Assembly: GCF_001194135.2 (NCBI RefSeq)
Contig: NC_069009.1
Location: 10,881,412 to 10,945,083 of the forward strand
Source of the DNA: Octopus bimaculoides
Taxonomy: Eukaryota
Reading direction: 5' to 3'
DNA: 63,672 bases
Shown here one piece after another: positions 55,001 through 63,672 of this stretch. The notes beneath the pieces are model-generated. The model had not been told where the DNA came from. It saw only the letters and a list, made by a program, of their open reading frames with translations, and made no database searches. Position numbers and translations under genes: made by a program. The number at the start of each line of letters is the position of its first letter. Within the stretch, counting starts at the first letter, position 1.

Positions 55001-57954
55001 NNNNNNNNNNNNNNNNNNNNNNNNNNNNNNNNNNNNNNNNNNNNNNNNNNNNNNNNNNNNNNNNNNNNNGGTCTTTAGTAATTGTAGATAGTACTGTGCA
55101 AGTAATAGTAAATACTTCACTATTCTTCTCGGAACTGAAATAGAATTGTAAAAAGAAATTGCAAAATATGAGTTTTCACCACACTCAGCGGANNNNNNNN
55201 NNNNNNNNNNNNNNNNNNNNNNNNNNNNNNNNNNNNNNNNNNNNNNNNNNNNNNNNNNNNNNNNNNNNNNNNNNNNNNNNNNNNNNNNNNNNNNNNNNNN
55301 NNNNNNNNNNNNNNNNNNNNNNNNNNNNNNNNNNNNNNNNNNNNNNNNNNNNNNNNNNNNNNNNNNNNNNNNNNNNNNNNNNNNNNNNNNNNNNNNNNNN
55401 NNNNNNNNNNNNNNNNNNNNNNNNNNNNNNNNNNNNNNNNNNNNNNNNNNNNNNNNNNNNNNNNNNNNNNNNNNNNNNNNNNNNNNNNNNNNNNNNNNNN
55501 NNNNNNNNNNNNNNNNNNNNNNNNNNNNNNNNNNNNNNNNNNNNNNNNNNNNNNNNNNNNNNNNNNNNNNNNNNNNNNNNNNNNNNNNNNNNNNNNNNNN
55601 NNNNNNNNNNNNNNNNNNNNNNNNNNNNNNNNNNNNNNNNNNNNNNNNNNNNNNNNNNNNNNNNNNNNNNNNNNNNNNNNNNNNNNNNNNNNNNNNNNNN
55701 NNNNNNNNNNNNNNNNNNNNNNNNNNNNNNNNNNNNNNNNNNNNNNNNNNNNNNNNNNNNNNNNNNNNNNNNCTGGCTAACAAAAAAAAAATGAAGCAAA
55801 GATTATGAGAATCCTTAAATACTAATTTCATAGGCCAGTCCATATAAACTGTGCATTAGAAGAGATTCACTAATCAATTGGTTGGTGGATTAGACGCAGA
55901 ATATAAGCGCAATCGTCTCTCTGCTATATACATATACGTAATGCATGTATCTATGCTTGTATGTGTGTGTTTATATATNNNNNNNNNNNNNNNNNNNNNN
56001 NNNNNNNNNNNNNNNNNNNNNNNNNNNNNNNNNNNNNNNNNNNNNNNNNNNNNNNNNNNNNNNNNNNNNNNNNNNNNNTGTGTGTGTGTGTTCATGCTTG
56101 CAAGTATGTTCTATATATTACTGGCCTACACAGGTTAACAGTTAGTGAGCCATTCTAGATACATGCAATTTATGAAACGTAAGTTACTGTCAATAAACAC
56201 ATGTTTCACAGACTGACTTCTTCCTGATGAAGAGAATAACTTGCGGGAATCAAACTGCATTTTCAGATTCCAGGAGACAGTTTTGTGAATTACACCACAG
56301 AGCAACAAACACAAAAACTTATCAAACGAGGGAGCTTAATCCATTTTCTTCTAGCTTTTAAGTAAGTTATATTACCTCGGAATGTTAATTGATCAGTCAC
56401 TTAACGCTAGTGGGATACAATACTTCACATTTGATAGCAGGTCATCTCATAAATTCTGTCCGAATTTTGAATAAAAAANNNNNNNNNNNNNNNNNNNNNN
56501 NNNNNNNNNNNNNNNNNNNNNNNNNNNNNNNNNNNNNNNNNNNNNNNNNNNNNNNNNNNNNNNNNNNNNNNNNNNNNNCACAGCAAGTATGAGACTGTCA
56601 TGTCGTTTCCTTTTGCATCACTTTAATCCTTCTTTCACTCTTAAACCATTGACTGAACATTCAAAGTCGCTTTCTTATTTGAGTTTCTATTTCTTTGTAG
56701 CTGTTGGTTGTCCAGGTCATACTTCTATGCTGCTTTCCTGGCTCCCGTGGCGATCATCCTTACCTTCAACCTTATCATGTTTTCTCTCGTTATCTGCCAT
56801 CTTATCTCAATGCAACATAACGAGAGATTTGAACACAAATCAAGAAAAATACGTGCTTTTGGTATCGCTGGTTTATTCTTTCTACTTGGGCTGTCGTGGG
56901 TCTTAGCATTCTTGGCGTTTGGTGAAGCAGCCAAAGTGTTTCAATTTCTTTTTGTTACTTTTAATACTCTGCAAGGAATGTTTATCTTCCTATTCTACTG
57001 CTTATTCAAGGAAGATGCCAGAGATGTCATCTGCTTGTTTGTATGTAAACGAAAATCATGGAAGCCTAGGCAAGTTCGAAAGAATATTAAAAGTAAGTGC
57101 AGTTTGGTCTTTCTTATTTCTGCCACTAACAAAACCAATATTGTCATGATTGATATAGACACAAACAACACCATCACTATCAACATCATTACTCTTAGGA
57201 TAGACATCATCATAATTAACAACCTCAGCTTTGTAGTCATCATCATTATCATCTCCATCTGTATATACAACGAACAAAAAGAATAGATAGCTCGCGTTTC
57301 AATAGTGTGGTCAATCACCAATACAAAATACTTTACATAATATTAGGTAAATTCTCGTTGATGCGTTACCGTCCCATTTCTTCAGGTGATATTCATCCGT
57401 CGTCTGGTGAAATACAATGAATCTATGAAGATAGAGACATTTATAAACAAACAGAATGGAATAGCAATTTTCAAAGTGGGACAGAGATATTAAAGCCTAC
57501 GACGAAGCAAAATGCGTGATTCCAAATAATTGTATTCATATACTAAAAGAGGTTTGATCAAAATGGTCATATTAGTTTCAGATGTTGAAATTTACTGGTG
57601 AGTCTCCGATGAACAGTTAATGTTTTATAGTACACAAATTAATTATAAACGCTAGTAATTTTTAGTTTAAAAAATGATATTTTATATAGTTCTAGTGGCG
57701 TGCTGGCAGAATCGTTAGGGCGCCGGGTAAAATATTAAACTGCATTTCGTGTGCTTTTACGTTCCGAGTTCAAATTCCTCTTCGGTTGACAATAACATTC
57801 ATCCTTTCGGGCTGAATACTGAGATCCATATAATCAATTCTCTCCCTCCCTGAACTTACTTGAAACCAATATTTTATACAGTTTTCTCATTATGTTTCCA
57901 GCTCCAAGTTCTGGTGATGAAACAGAAGATAAAACAACAGAAACGAACTTATAA
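5686..57954 (+). CDS. Adhesion GPCR (LRR - LRRCT - Ly6/uPAR - SEA-like - HormR - [GAIN/TM1-4 not seen] - 7TM), partial multi-exon model
   Basis: Eleven exons with AG/GT boundaries. Phases are compatible through LRR, LRRCT, Ly6 and the first SEA exon, from SEA exon 2 to HormR, and from the TM5-7 exon to the last exon. One link is unresolved (43097 to 45056). The 5' end, GAIN and TM1-4 are not visible, and the TM exons lie across 100-N joins. Confidence 0.7.
6206..7519 (-). mobile_element. Tc1/mariner-superfamily element, decayed
   Basis: TA-flanked imperfect TIRs (CCAGGTGTAT... / ...TAAACCTGG); minus-strand [16 protein letters not shown] (catalytic D region) and an HTH-like N-terminus. Confidence 0.7.
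7987..8287 (+). pseudogene. Dead LRR pseudo-exon interrupted by a SINE
   Basis: Removing the SINE and one TSD copy gives AG|A GAT TTG TAT GTT ACT AAC ATC GAG (g) AAC TTG GAA GAA GGA ACT TTT GAA AAC CAG CCC AGT TTA ATA TAT CT = [24 protein letters not shown]. It has one extra base and GG in place of the GT donor. Confidence 0.8.
8000..8215 (-). mobile_element. SINE with 12-bp target-site duplication GATTTGTATGTT
   Basis: TSD at 7988-7999 and 8216-8227; body matches the family seen at 8332, 19570, 27900 and 57690. Confidence 0.85.
8332..8490 (+). mobile_element. SINE, same family, inverted relative to 8000-8215
   Basis: gtcagaatcgtt...ccgggcgaaat...gaggtcgactttgcc...ggggtcgatgta; ends approximate. 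Confidence 0.7.
10049..10120 (+). CDS. LRR exon (72 bp, phase 2-2): [23 protein letters not shown](L)
   Basis: tgttccag acceptor, gtaagt donor, LRR consensus. Confidence 0.92.
13230..13600 (+). mobile_element. CR1/Jockey-like LINE RT fragment
   Basis: SPD....[24 protein letters not shown] and a downstream HGFCLRSSC motif (canonical QHGF...RSC). Confidence 0.65.
14651..14722 (+). CDS. LRR exon (72 bp, phase 2-2): [23 protein letters not shown](I)
   Basis: tttctttcttccag acceptor, gtatgt donor, LRR consensus. Confidence 0.92.
14989..15780 (-). mobile_element. Internally deleted mariner
   Basis: TA-flanked imperfect TIRs; the N-terminal HTH ([13 protein letters not shown]...[12 protein letters not shown]) is joined directly to the C-terminus ([13 protein letters not shown]), with the catalytic core missing. 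Confidence 0.7.
16540..16950 (+). mobile_element. mariner N-terminal fragment
   Basis: [38 protein letters not shown]. Confidence 0.75.
19349..19518 (+). CDS. LRR C-terminal cap exon (phase 2-1): [56 protein letters not shown](N)
   Basis: ttttgtttataattgcag acceptor, gttagt donor. The CxC...C...C pattern matches LRRCT, and phases match both neighbouring exons. Confidence 0.88.
19570..19790 (+). mobile_element. SINE
   Basis: tggcgagtt..cacaatcgttggcacgccg...gagttcaaactccgtccaggtcgactttgc; ends approximate. Confidence 0.7.
25943..26034 (+). CDS. Ly6/uPAR domain exon 1 (phase 1-0): [30 protein letters not shown]
   Basis: tgtattgtatag acceptor, gtaaat donor; LxCxxC start motif; in frame with 19518 (A+AT=Asn) and with 32642. 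Confidence 0.85.
27900..28062 (+). mobile_element. SINE, 5' part; its tail resumes at 32489-32530 after the hAT insertion
   Basis: ...ggggtcgATCTAATC | hAT | ATCTAATCgaccggacccct..tgtgcctagagtagaaaag. Confidence 0.75.
28659..29098 (-). mobile_element. tRNA-derived SINE with internal (CA)n, nested in the hAT
   Basis: Minus-strand head aggcgcaagagtggctgtgtggt...ggttcagtcccactgcgtggc; same family as 38133 and 61715. Confidence 0.8.
31866..32250 (-). mobile_element. tRNA-derived SINE (second family), nested in the hAT
   Basis: Minus-strand head ggaggcgcaatggcccagtggttagggcagtggactcgcggtcataggatcgcgggttcgattcc with Pol III A/B-box-like motifs. Confidence 0.8.
32642..32825 (+). CDS. Ly6/uPAR domain exon 2 (phase 0-1): [61 protein letters not shown](E)
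   Basis: ttattgttacag acceptor, gtcagt donor; terminal CCxxxxCN motif diagnostic of three-finger folds. Confidence 0.9.
33300..33930 (+). mobile_element. RTE-type LINE RT C-terminal fragment
   Basis: [13 protein letters not shown]....[31 protein letters not shown] resembles the RTE LLYG.ETWT.Y..H...L..FH...LR motif. Confidence 0.7.
35331..35640 (-). mobile_element. Penelope-like GIY-YIG endonuclease C-terminal fragment
   Basis: [16 protein letters not shown]...[14 protein letters not shown] matches the C..C..EK..I.....LN.RSE....CRH tail of PLEs. Confidence 0.6.
37179..37260 (-). ncRNA. Degenerate minimal type-I hammerhead ribozyme (PLE-type)
   Basis: Minus strand: CUGGAGA core (A6 changed to G), stem II GAUUC/GAAUC, GAAA, palindromic stem III ACAGCUGU, GUC cleavage triplet, then AGAG. 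Confidence 0.55.
37326..37416 (+). ncRNA. Degenerate minimal type-I hammerhead ribozyme (PLE-type)
   Basis: Stem I ACAAC-CU / AG-A-GUUGU, core CUGAAGC (A9 changed to C), stem II GAUUCA/UGAAUC, GAAA, palindromic ACAGCUGU, GUC triplet ending at 37408. Confidence 0.6.
38133..38485 (+). mobile_element. tRNA-derived SINE
   Basis: aggcgcaggcgtggctgtgtggtaag...gagttcagtcccactgcg...gtggatttggtagacggaaa. Confidence 0.8.
39082..40344 (-). mobile_element. Tc1-family transposon, near full length, decayed
   Basis: TIRs CAGGGATTGGACAAAACAGTGGAAAC / GTTTCCATTATATTGTCCAAAACCTG; ORF 39180-40037 with [22 protein letters not shown] and DLNIIE. Confidence 0.9.
40638..41896 (+). mobile_element. mariner transposon, full length, decayed
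   Basis: TA-flanked TIRs CGAGGGATGTTCATTAAAGAT / ATCTTTAATTAACACCCCTTG; [12 protein letters not shown] and [13 protein letters not shown] motifs split by stops and frameshifts. Confidence 0.88.
42958..43097 (+). CDS. SEA-like domain exon 1 (phase 1-0): [46 protein letters not shown]
   Basis: Long pyrimidine tract then ctcttcag acceptor, gtaagt donor; in frame with 32825 (G+AA=Glu). The SEA assignment is by pattern only. Confidence 0.7.
45056..45213 (+). CDS. SEA-like domain exon 2 (phase 2-1): [52 protein letters not shown](M)
   Basis: cctatttcag acceptor, gtaagt donor, open frame; conserved in the inverted copy at 54965-55134; in phase with 50444. Confidence 0.8.
47540..47790 (-). mobile_element. 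mariner C-terminal fragment
   Basis: [13 protein letters not shown]...[24 protein letters not shown]. Confidence 0.7.
48060..48810. repeat. Element with about 90-bp inverted termini carrying a hammerhead-like motif
   Basis: gataaagagagcaaaggtaaggttgaagaat...cttacagctgtttctg pairs with cagaaaaagctgtaag...attcttcaaccttgcctttgctctctttatc. Confidence 0.75.
48136..48186 (-). ncRNA. Degenerate minimal hammerhead ribozyme
   Basis: Minus strand: UCU-CCGAUGA-A-GGGAAG(loop)CUUCCC-A-GAAA-CAGCUGU-A-AGA; core U4 changed to C. Confidence 0.55.
49846..49883 (+). ncRNA. Degenerate minimal hammerhead ribozyme at a Penelope-type terminal repeat
   Basis: Stem I UCUUU/AAAGA, core CUGUGGA (A6 changed to U), stem II GAGC-GUAG-GCUC, GAAA, palindromic ACGU stem III. 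Confidence 0.6.
50444..50558 (+). CDS. Hormone-receptor (HormR) domain exon (phase 1-2): [37 protein letters not shown](C)
   Basis: tttgttttacag acceptor, gttcgt donor; C....G.F.W..T..G....PC....ATR.C is the GAIN-adjacent HormR pattern of adhesion/secretin GPCRs. Confidence 0.88.
51093..51139 (-). CDS. HormR exon of the inverted paralogous copy (visible 5' part; the rest is in the gap)
   Basis: 47/47 nt identical to 50444-50490; intact tttttcag acceptor. Confidence 0.75.
51720..52110 (-). mobile_element. Tc1/mariner fragment, same family as 49100-49794
   Basis: Reverse complement aligns with about 49440-49775 (cccaaatt..tggc.ttctaatt; acaccaaggccga.ttgg; ttttatgcaaactgtca). Confidence 0.6.
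52650..53330 (-). mobile_element. Probable LINE 3' fragment
   Basis: Weak resemblance to the LINE RT C-terminal RKRRL..YGH..RM....L region; heavily decayed. Confidence 0.35.
54965..55134 (-). CDS. SEA-like exon 2 of the inverted paralogous copy (3' part in the gap): [21 protein letters not shown]...
   Basis: 60/65 nt identical to 45056-45120; intact ctatttcag acceptor and gtaagt donor (54959-54964). Confidence 0.78.
56701..57092 (+). CDS. Adhesion-GPCR 7TM exon, ECL2 to TM7 and helix 8 (phase 2-1)
   Basis: tttctttgtag acceptor, gtaagt donor; CWL, TM5 [22 protein letters not shown]6 FFLLGLSW and TM7 [14 protein letters not shown] are family-B2 signature motifs. Confidence 0.93.
57902..57954 (+). 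CDS. Terminal coding exon: (T)[16 protein letters not shown]-stop
   Basis: tatgtttccag acceptor; phase 1 matches 57092 (A+CT=Thr); ends in a class-I PDZ-binding-like motif. Confidence 0.75.
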
Positions 57955-60167
57955 ATAAAAACCAAACAATGCTTCCAACAATCGTCTTTGATCATATTTT
58001 TTGTCATAAAGCTACATTTTCTTCCATCACTCTAAATTGACTTCCAAATACGGTAGCTTTATTTGTACTTATCAATACAACGCTATGCAACTAAGAGACT
58101 GACTATTGGCCGATGTTGCTTGATTTAAAATTCTAAAGATATTTTCTACTAGCTTCACAATGTAACCTTTAATGTAATGTTCAATTATACTCTTTCCTGA
58201 ATAAATTATTAAATCTTCTTTGTGACTACAGTCTGTTTTTGTTTTAGTTGAAACACTGTAATGCTGCAATTTAAGTTTAAATAATGCCAGGAGGGAGAGA
58301 GCGAGAGAGAAAGAGACAGACTGATTTTATTAGTTACTAAGCACATGCAAGATGCAAATTTCAGCTGTTTAGATTTATAAGCATTTGTTTTATTATTATT
58401 ATCAGGTCTTTCAACAGTCATTGTGATATTTAATCTGGTAATCAACTGTTCACAACAATGGTATTACATTCGAGAAGTGTATATATTTCTCTTTTCTAAC
58501 CTCTTACCTCTAGAAACATTTACGCAGACACGCACACGTGCATGCATACCTTAACATGTACGTTGAAGAACTCTCACATTTAGTATCATAAATATTGAAG
58601 AAATTATATAGTTTCAAAAATAAATTATTAGTGAAGATAAGTTGAGAGAAATAGACAAAAGTTTATCATAAATTGATCTCGTTTGCTATCAATTCTAAAG
58701 CTTATATTTGCATTAACACAAGACATGGTTTAATGTTCTTCGTGTAAAATGATAAGAGAATAATCTAAGATTAAACCAGATTTATTTAGATTTCAATTCA
58801 TTAATAATATGCAGAAAGATGGATGAGATGAGAACTCAGAACCCTGGGACTTAGCGAGAATCCTGGGATATGCTCACACATATCCAGCATATCCAGCATT
58901 GTGAATCGTTATAAAACGATCATTAATGAGATTAAGAATGATGATAATCCATAAATGGATACCATCTACATATGAATGAAAACATTAAAGTTATATGAAG
59001 TTTTTCAAATTAAAATTAACCTTAACCATGAGATTACGAAGGAATCATGATTATAATTAAAAGAAATGTGTTTTCCATTCTATTATTACAAGCTCATTAA
59101 GAGACACTATCTTTACATTAGATTTCTATACAGATAATTTAGAGATTGGTCTGCAATAATAAATATGTGGCTGATTTGCCTTGTTATTCATTAAATATCT
59201 TTAATTATTGATTTCAGACAATCAACGCAAGATTCGTTTTCTACACCTTTTTCTCACACTCGTAGCACTATTTTTTCTTATTTTTCTTTTTTTTTTCAAT
59301 TTCATTTCCGGGTAATAATGTCGACACCCATGTAAACTTTTTGGCTATTGCTTTAAATATCCAATGTCCCTTCAATAACACAAGAGACTATCTCGTATTT
59401 CATTTATATACAAACAAAAATCTGACAACGAAAGTTCGTAAAATCCGACTCGGAAACACAAATGACGAATTGCATTTAGTTTTTCTCTATATTCGTGCGT
59501 TTTGTCTGTTGGATATAAACATGTATGATGTCTAAAAAAAATATCTCAGGATAAAAATATAGACTGTTAAATGTATTCGAGTTCTGTAAATGTTGTTTTG
59601 TACAGGATATATCTGGTAGACTAAGCACAATATCAAAAGGTACGATACAAATTGGTGAACTTGCACATGCATGCTTCAGAACATGGCTCTAAATGTATTC
59701 GATGAACAAATGAAATACGTTTCTTATATATAACGTATCTCTCAAAAAGGTCTAAAAACAAAATTAAGAAGATGGGTGGGGAACCCAGATGACAACTTCC
59801 GGTTTCTTGTTCGTTTCGTTTCCTACAAGTCGGTTTTTCTAATGCTTGTTATGACATTTCAGTTGTGTTTGAATCATATGAAAGCACGAAATAATAGAAT
59901 GGACGTAGTTACAAAAATATTGGTGATCAGAAATTTATGGAGAAATACAAGTCCTTTAACCAGCTGTGGGTAATAAATGAATTACTGTTTAATTAACTAT
60001 ATAACATTACTAATACCATTTGTATTACGTATGCTCTTATATATATGGGTATATTTCTTGAATATATGTGTTGTAACTGTGTGTGCATATACACGATGAG
60101 TATATAGGATTAAATTATTTAGTGAGAACTTCCAGGTATAGTCAAGGTTCGGGTTAAGCACATCAAG

Positions 60168-61224
60168 GGTATATTCAAGAAGAGTGGTCCCCCGGTGCGC
60201 GCACTCGCACACTCGCGTATCCGCACTAGCTAGCCGTGACTAGTCGATCCTACAACGACTATGTAGCGCGAATGCTCAAAACATGTATGCGGGACTTTTT
60301 TAAATAAAGTAAAGAATTTTTTTAAACAAAGTAAATAAAATACAAAGTAAATATGTTTTTGTTGAATCTTCCCCATCTTACTCTTAAAACGTTGTTTTAC
60401 GTTCTTCGAGGGTGTATTTTGGTGTCTCATTTATTTCAGTAATCCCATTGTACGACGCACTCCAACAATCAGAATACATAGTTTTTGTATTCCTCTCGGG
60501 GGACTCGCAGCGAAAACACTGTGAGTTGTACTATTTAGTTATTACATTTATTTATTAACTATAAACAAAGAACTCACTCACCGATATTGTTAGTTATCAA
60601 GAAACAAGAATGTTGTCCTCGCCATATATATCCCAAAAACCTTCAACCTCGACAGTCAATCAAAACAACAACGAAATAGGGACCTCAGACGAACCACATG
60701 GAGATATGGGACTTCAAACGAACAACAATAGTCGTCCCTGGTTTGATAATTTTTTTTAATAAGCGGGAGAAGAGTTTCAGAAGAACGGTCAGGTACAAAC
60801 ACTAAAAACCTATTTTTATCCTCTCTATCCCATCTTCCGTTGTATTTGCACATCATAGATTCTTCTATTTCTACGATGTGCCCAAGTCCACCAATTTGGT
60901 AGGGGTTACGCAAAAGATAATTACTTGTAATGTACCTCATATACTGATACCATTGAACAACAGTAGATTTTGAAAGACCGACTTTTTAATGGACTCGTTA
61001 CCAAAAACACGTAGTGTATAATTTATTTGTTTAAAAACATTATTTAGTTTGTGTAAAAAAATGTTTTACTTTGTTTATAAAAAACCCTCATACATGATTT
61101 TCGCATGACGCGCACTCGGTTTAGGTAGTCATAGAACCGACTAGTCACGACTCGCCAGCGTGGATGCGCGAGTGTGCGAGTGTGCGAGTGCGCGCACCGG
61201 GACCACAACCTCTTGAATAGTACC
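60168..61224 (-). mobile_element. Merlin (IS1595/ISXO2-like) DNA transposon, internally deleted
   Basis: Perfect 9-bp TSD CACATCAAG (60159-60167, 61225-61233); about 170-bp imperfect TIRs starting GGTA; remnant IGGLGHIVEIEES...FLVFVPDRSSETLLPLIKK. Confidence 0.88.
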
Positions 61225-61380
61225 CACATCAAGTAAGTAATAAGAAGCACCAAGTATCGTTGACTAATTATGCTATGTAATTTACCCGTTAAATTAAAAG
61301 AAAAATTTGAAGATGGACCTGCTTCCGTATTCTTTGTAATCGTTTTGGATTCACACACCTGAAAATTCGTGTGGGTGTGG

Positions 61381-61454
<74 letters not shown>

Positions 61455-61714
61455 GTGCATACGTACATACATACATACATACATACATCCATACATACAT
61501 ACATGTGTGTGTGTATATATGGTTTTTGGTAAGCAGTATCGATTTTTTACAATTCTGTAAATAATAATCCTGGAATTTGATGGGAGGGAACTAATGGCTT
61601 ACATTGACTCTGGTGTTTCACTGGTACTTAATTTGATGACCCTGAAAGGCAAAGTTGACCTAAGCGGAATTTGAGCTCAAATTTCCCCATACTCTCCAAT
61701 GCACTTTTTTAGCT

Positions 61715-62118
61715 GCAGGTATGTCTTTATGGTAAGAAGCTTACTTCCCAACCCCATGATTCTTGGTTCAGTCCCACTTTGTGGCACCTTGGGCAAGTGT
61801 CTTTTACTAAAACCACAAGCCAACCAAAACCTCATGAGTGAATGTGGTTGACAGAAACTGAAAGAAGCCCATTGAATGTCTGTGTGTGCGTGTCTGTTTG
61901 TCTGTCTGTCTCTGTTTGTCCCTCACCACTACTTGACAACTAGTGTGTGATGGTGTCTTTATGTCCCTGTAACTTAGCGGTTTAGCAAAAGTGAATGCTA
62001 GCATAAGTACTAGACTTTAAGAAATAAGTCCCAGAGTTAATTTGTTAGACAGAAACTCTTCAAGGTAGTGCCCCAGCATGACCATAGTCAAATGACTGAA
62101 ACAAGTAAAAGATAAAAG
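61715..62118 (+). mobile_element. tRNA-derived SINE
   Basis: ggtaagaagcttacttcccaa.cc.atg.ttc..ggttcagtcccact.tgtggcaccttgggcaagtgtc...gactgaaacaagtaaaaga. Confidence 0.75.
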
Positions 62119-62620
62119 ATCTTAAATCTCTGCTGTTTAAGTATCTTCTATATCTTACCCTGTTGTTTCTATTTTATTTCAGAATATCAGATGACATTGG
62201 CATAATGATCATTTCTCCATCAGGCACATCATCAATATTGAATTGTCTTTTTAAGACTAAAGGAACATGCTATACAAACCAGATATAATGTTGTTTCTAT
62301 GAATCTATGGTGAATTATTGTGGTATATTTCATATAAACCGAGGTGAACAGCTGCATTTCTCTATTTTACTGTCTAGATTGTGTGCAAGATGAATTTTTA
62401 TATTAAATAAACTTGAATAAAATTGCAAAGGAGTTTGCTGTTCTTCAGCTATTAGTGAAGATCATAGTTGATATAAAAAATATAACTGGGAAATAATTTA
62501 AACAGATATAATATCAGAACAAAAACAAGAAAACTATGTGTATATTGTGGTGAGAGAAGAAAGATGAAGGAAAATTAATTGACGAGAAAGACTTTAAAAG
62601 GATTGATTTTAATTGAAGAG

Positions 62621-63672
<1,052 letters not shown>

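Noticed and set aside
1050-56592. Long ORFs through N runs and poly-S/L/H/YI/CV/HT/RE ORFs
   Set aside because: Artefacts of assembly gaps and (CTT)n, (CAC)n, (AT)n, (GT)n and (GA)n microsatellites.

Overview
AT-rich, microsatellite-rich, gap-ridden eukaryotic DNA. The SINE families, mariner/Tc1 relics and tandem C2H2 array point to an octopus genome (inference). No prokaryotic features, tRNA/rRNA genes or CRISPR arrays were found, and most of the supplied ORFs are N-gap or simple-repeat artefacts. The main content, largely missed by the ORF track, is a multi-exon + strand adhesion-type GPCR reconstructed from splice sites and matching intron phases. Its order is three 72-bp LRR exons, an LRR C-terminal cap, a two-exon 12-Cys Ly6/uPAR (three-finger) domain ending CCxGNLCN, a SEA-like domain, a hormone-receptor (HormR) domain, a missing stretch (GAIN and TM1-4 not visible), TM5-7, and a last exon ending ETNL-stop. 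An inverted paralogous SEA/HormR block lies between two exact 100-N joins at 51.1-56.0 kb, and the 7TM exon is linked to the ectodomain only across such joins. Introns hold a SINE-killed LRR exon, a Buster-type hAT inserted into a SINE with an intact 8-bp TSD, Tc1/mariner relics, Penelope-like fragments and several degenerate minimal hammerhead ribozyme motifs, two of them in an inverted pair. Downstream are a Merlin transposon with a 9-bp TSD and a frameshifted C2H2 zinc-finger array that runs off the window.
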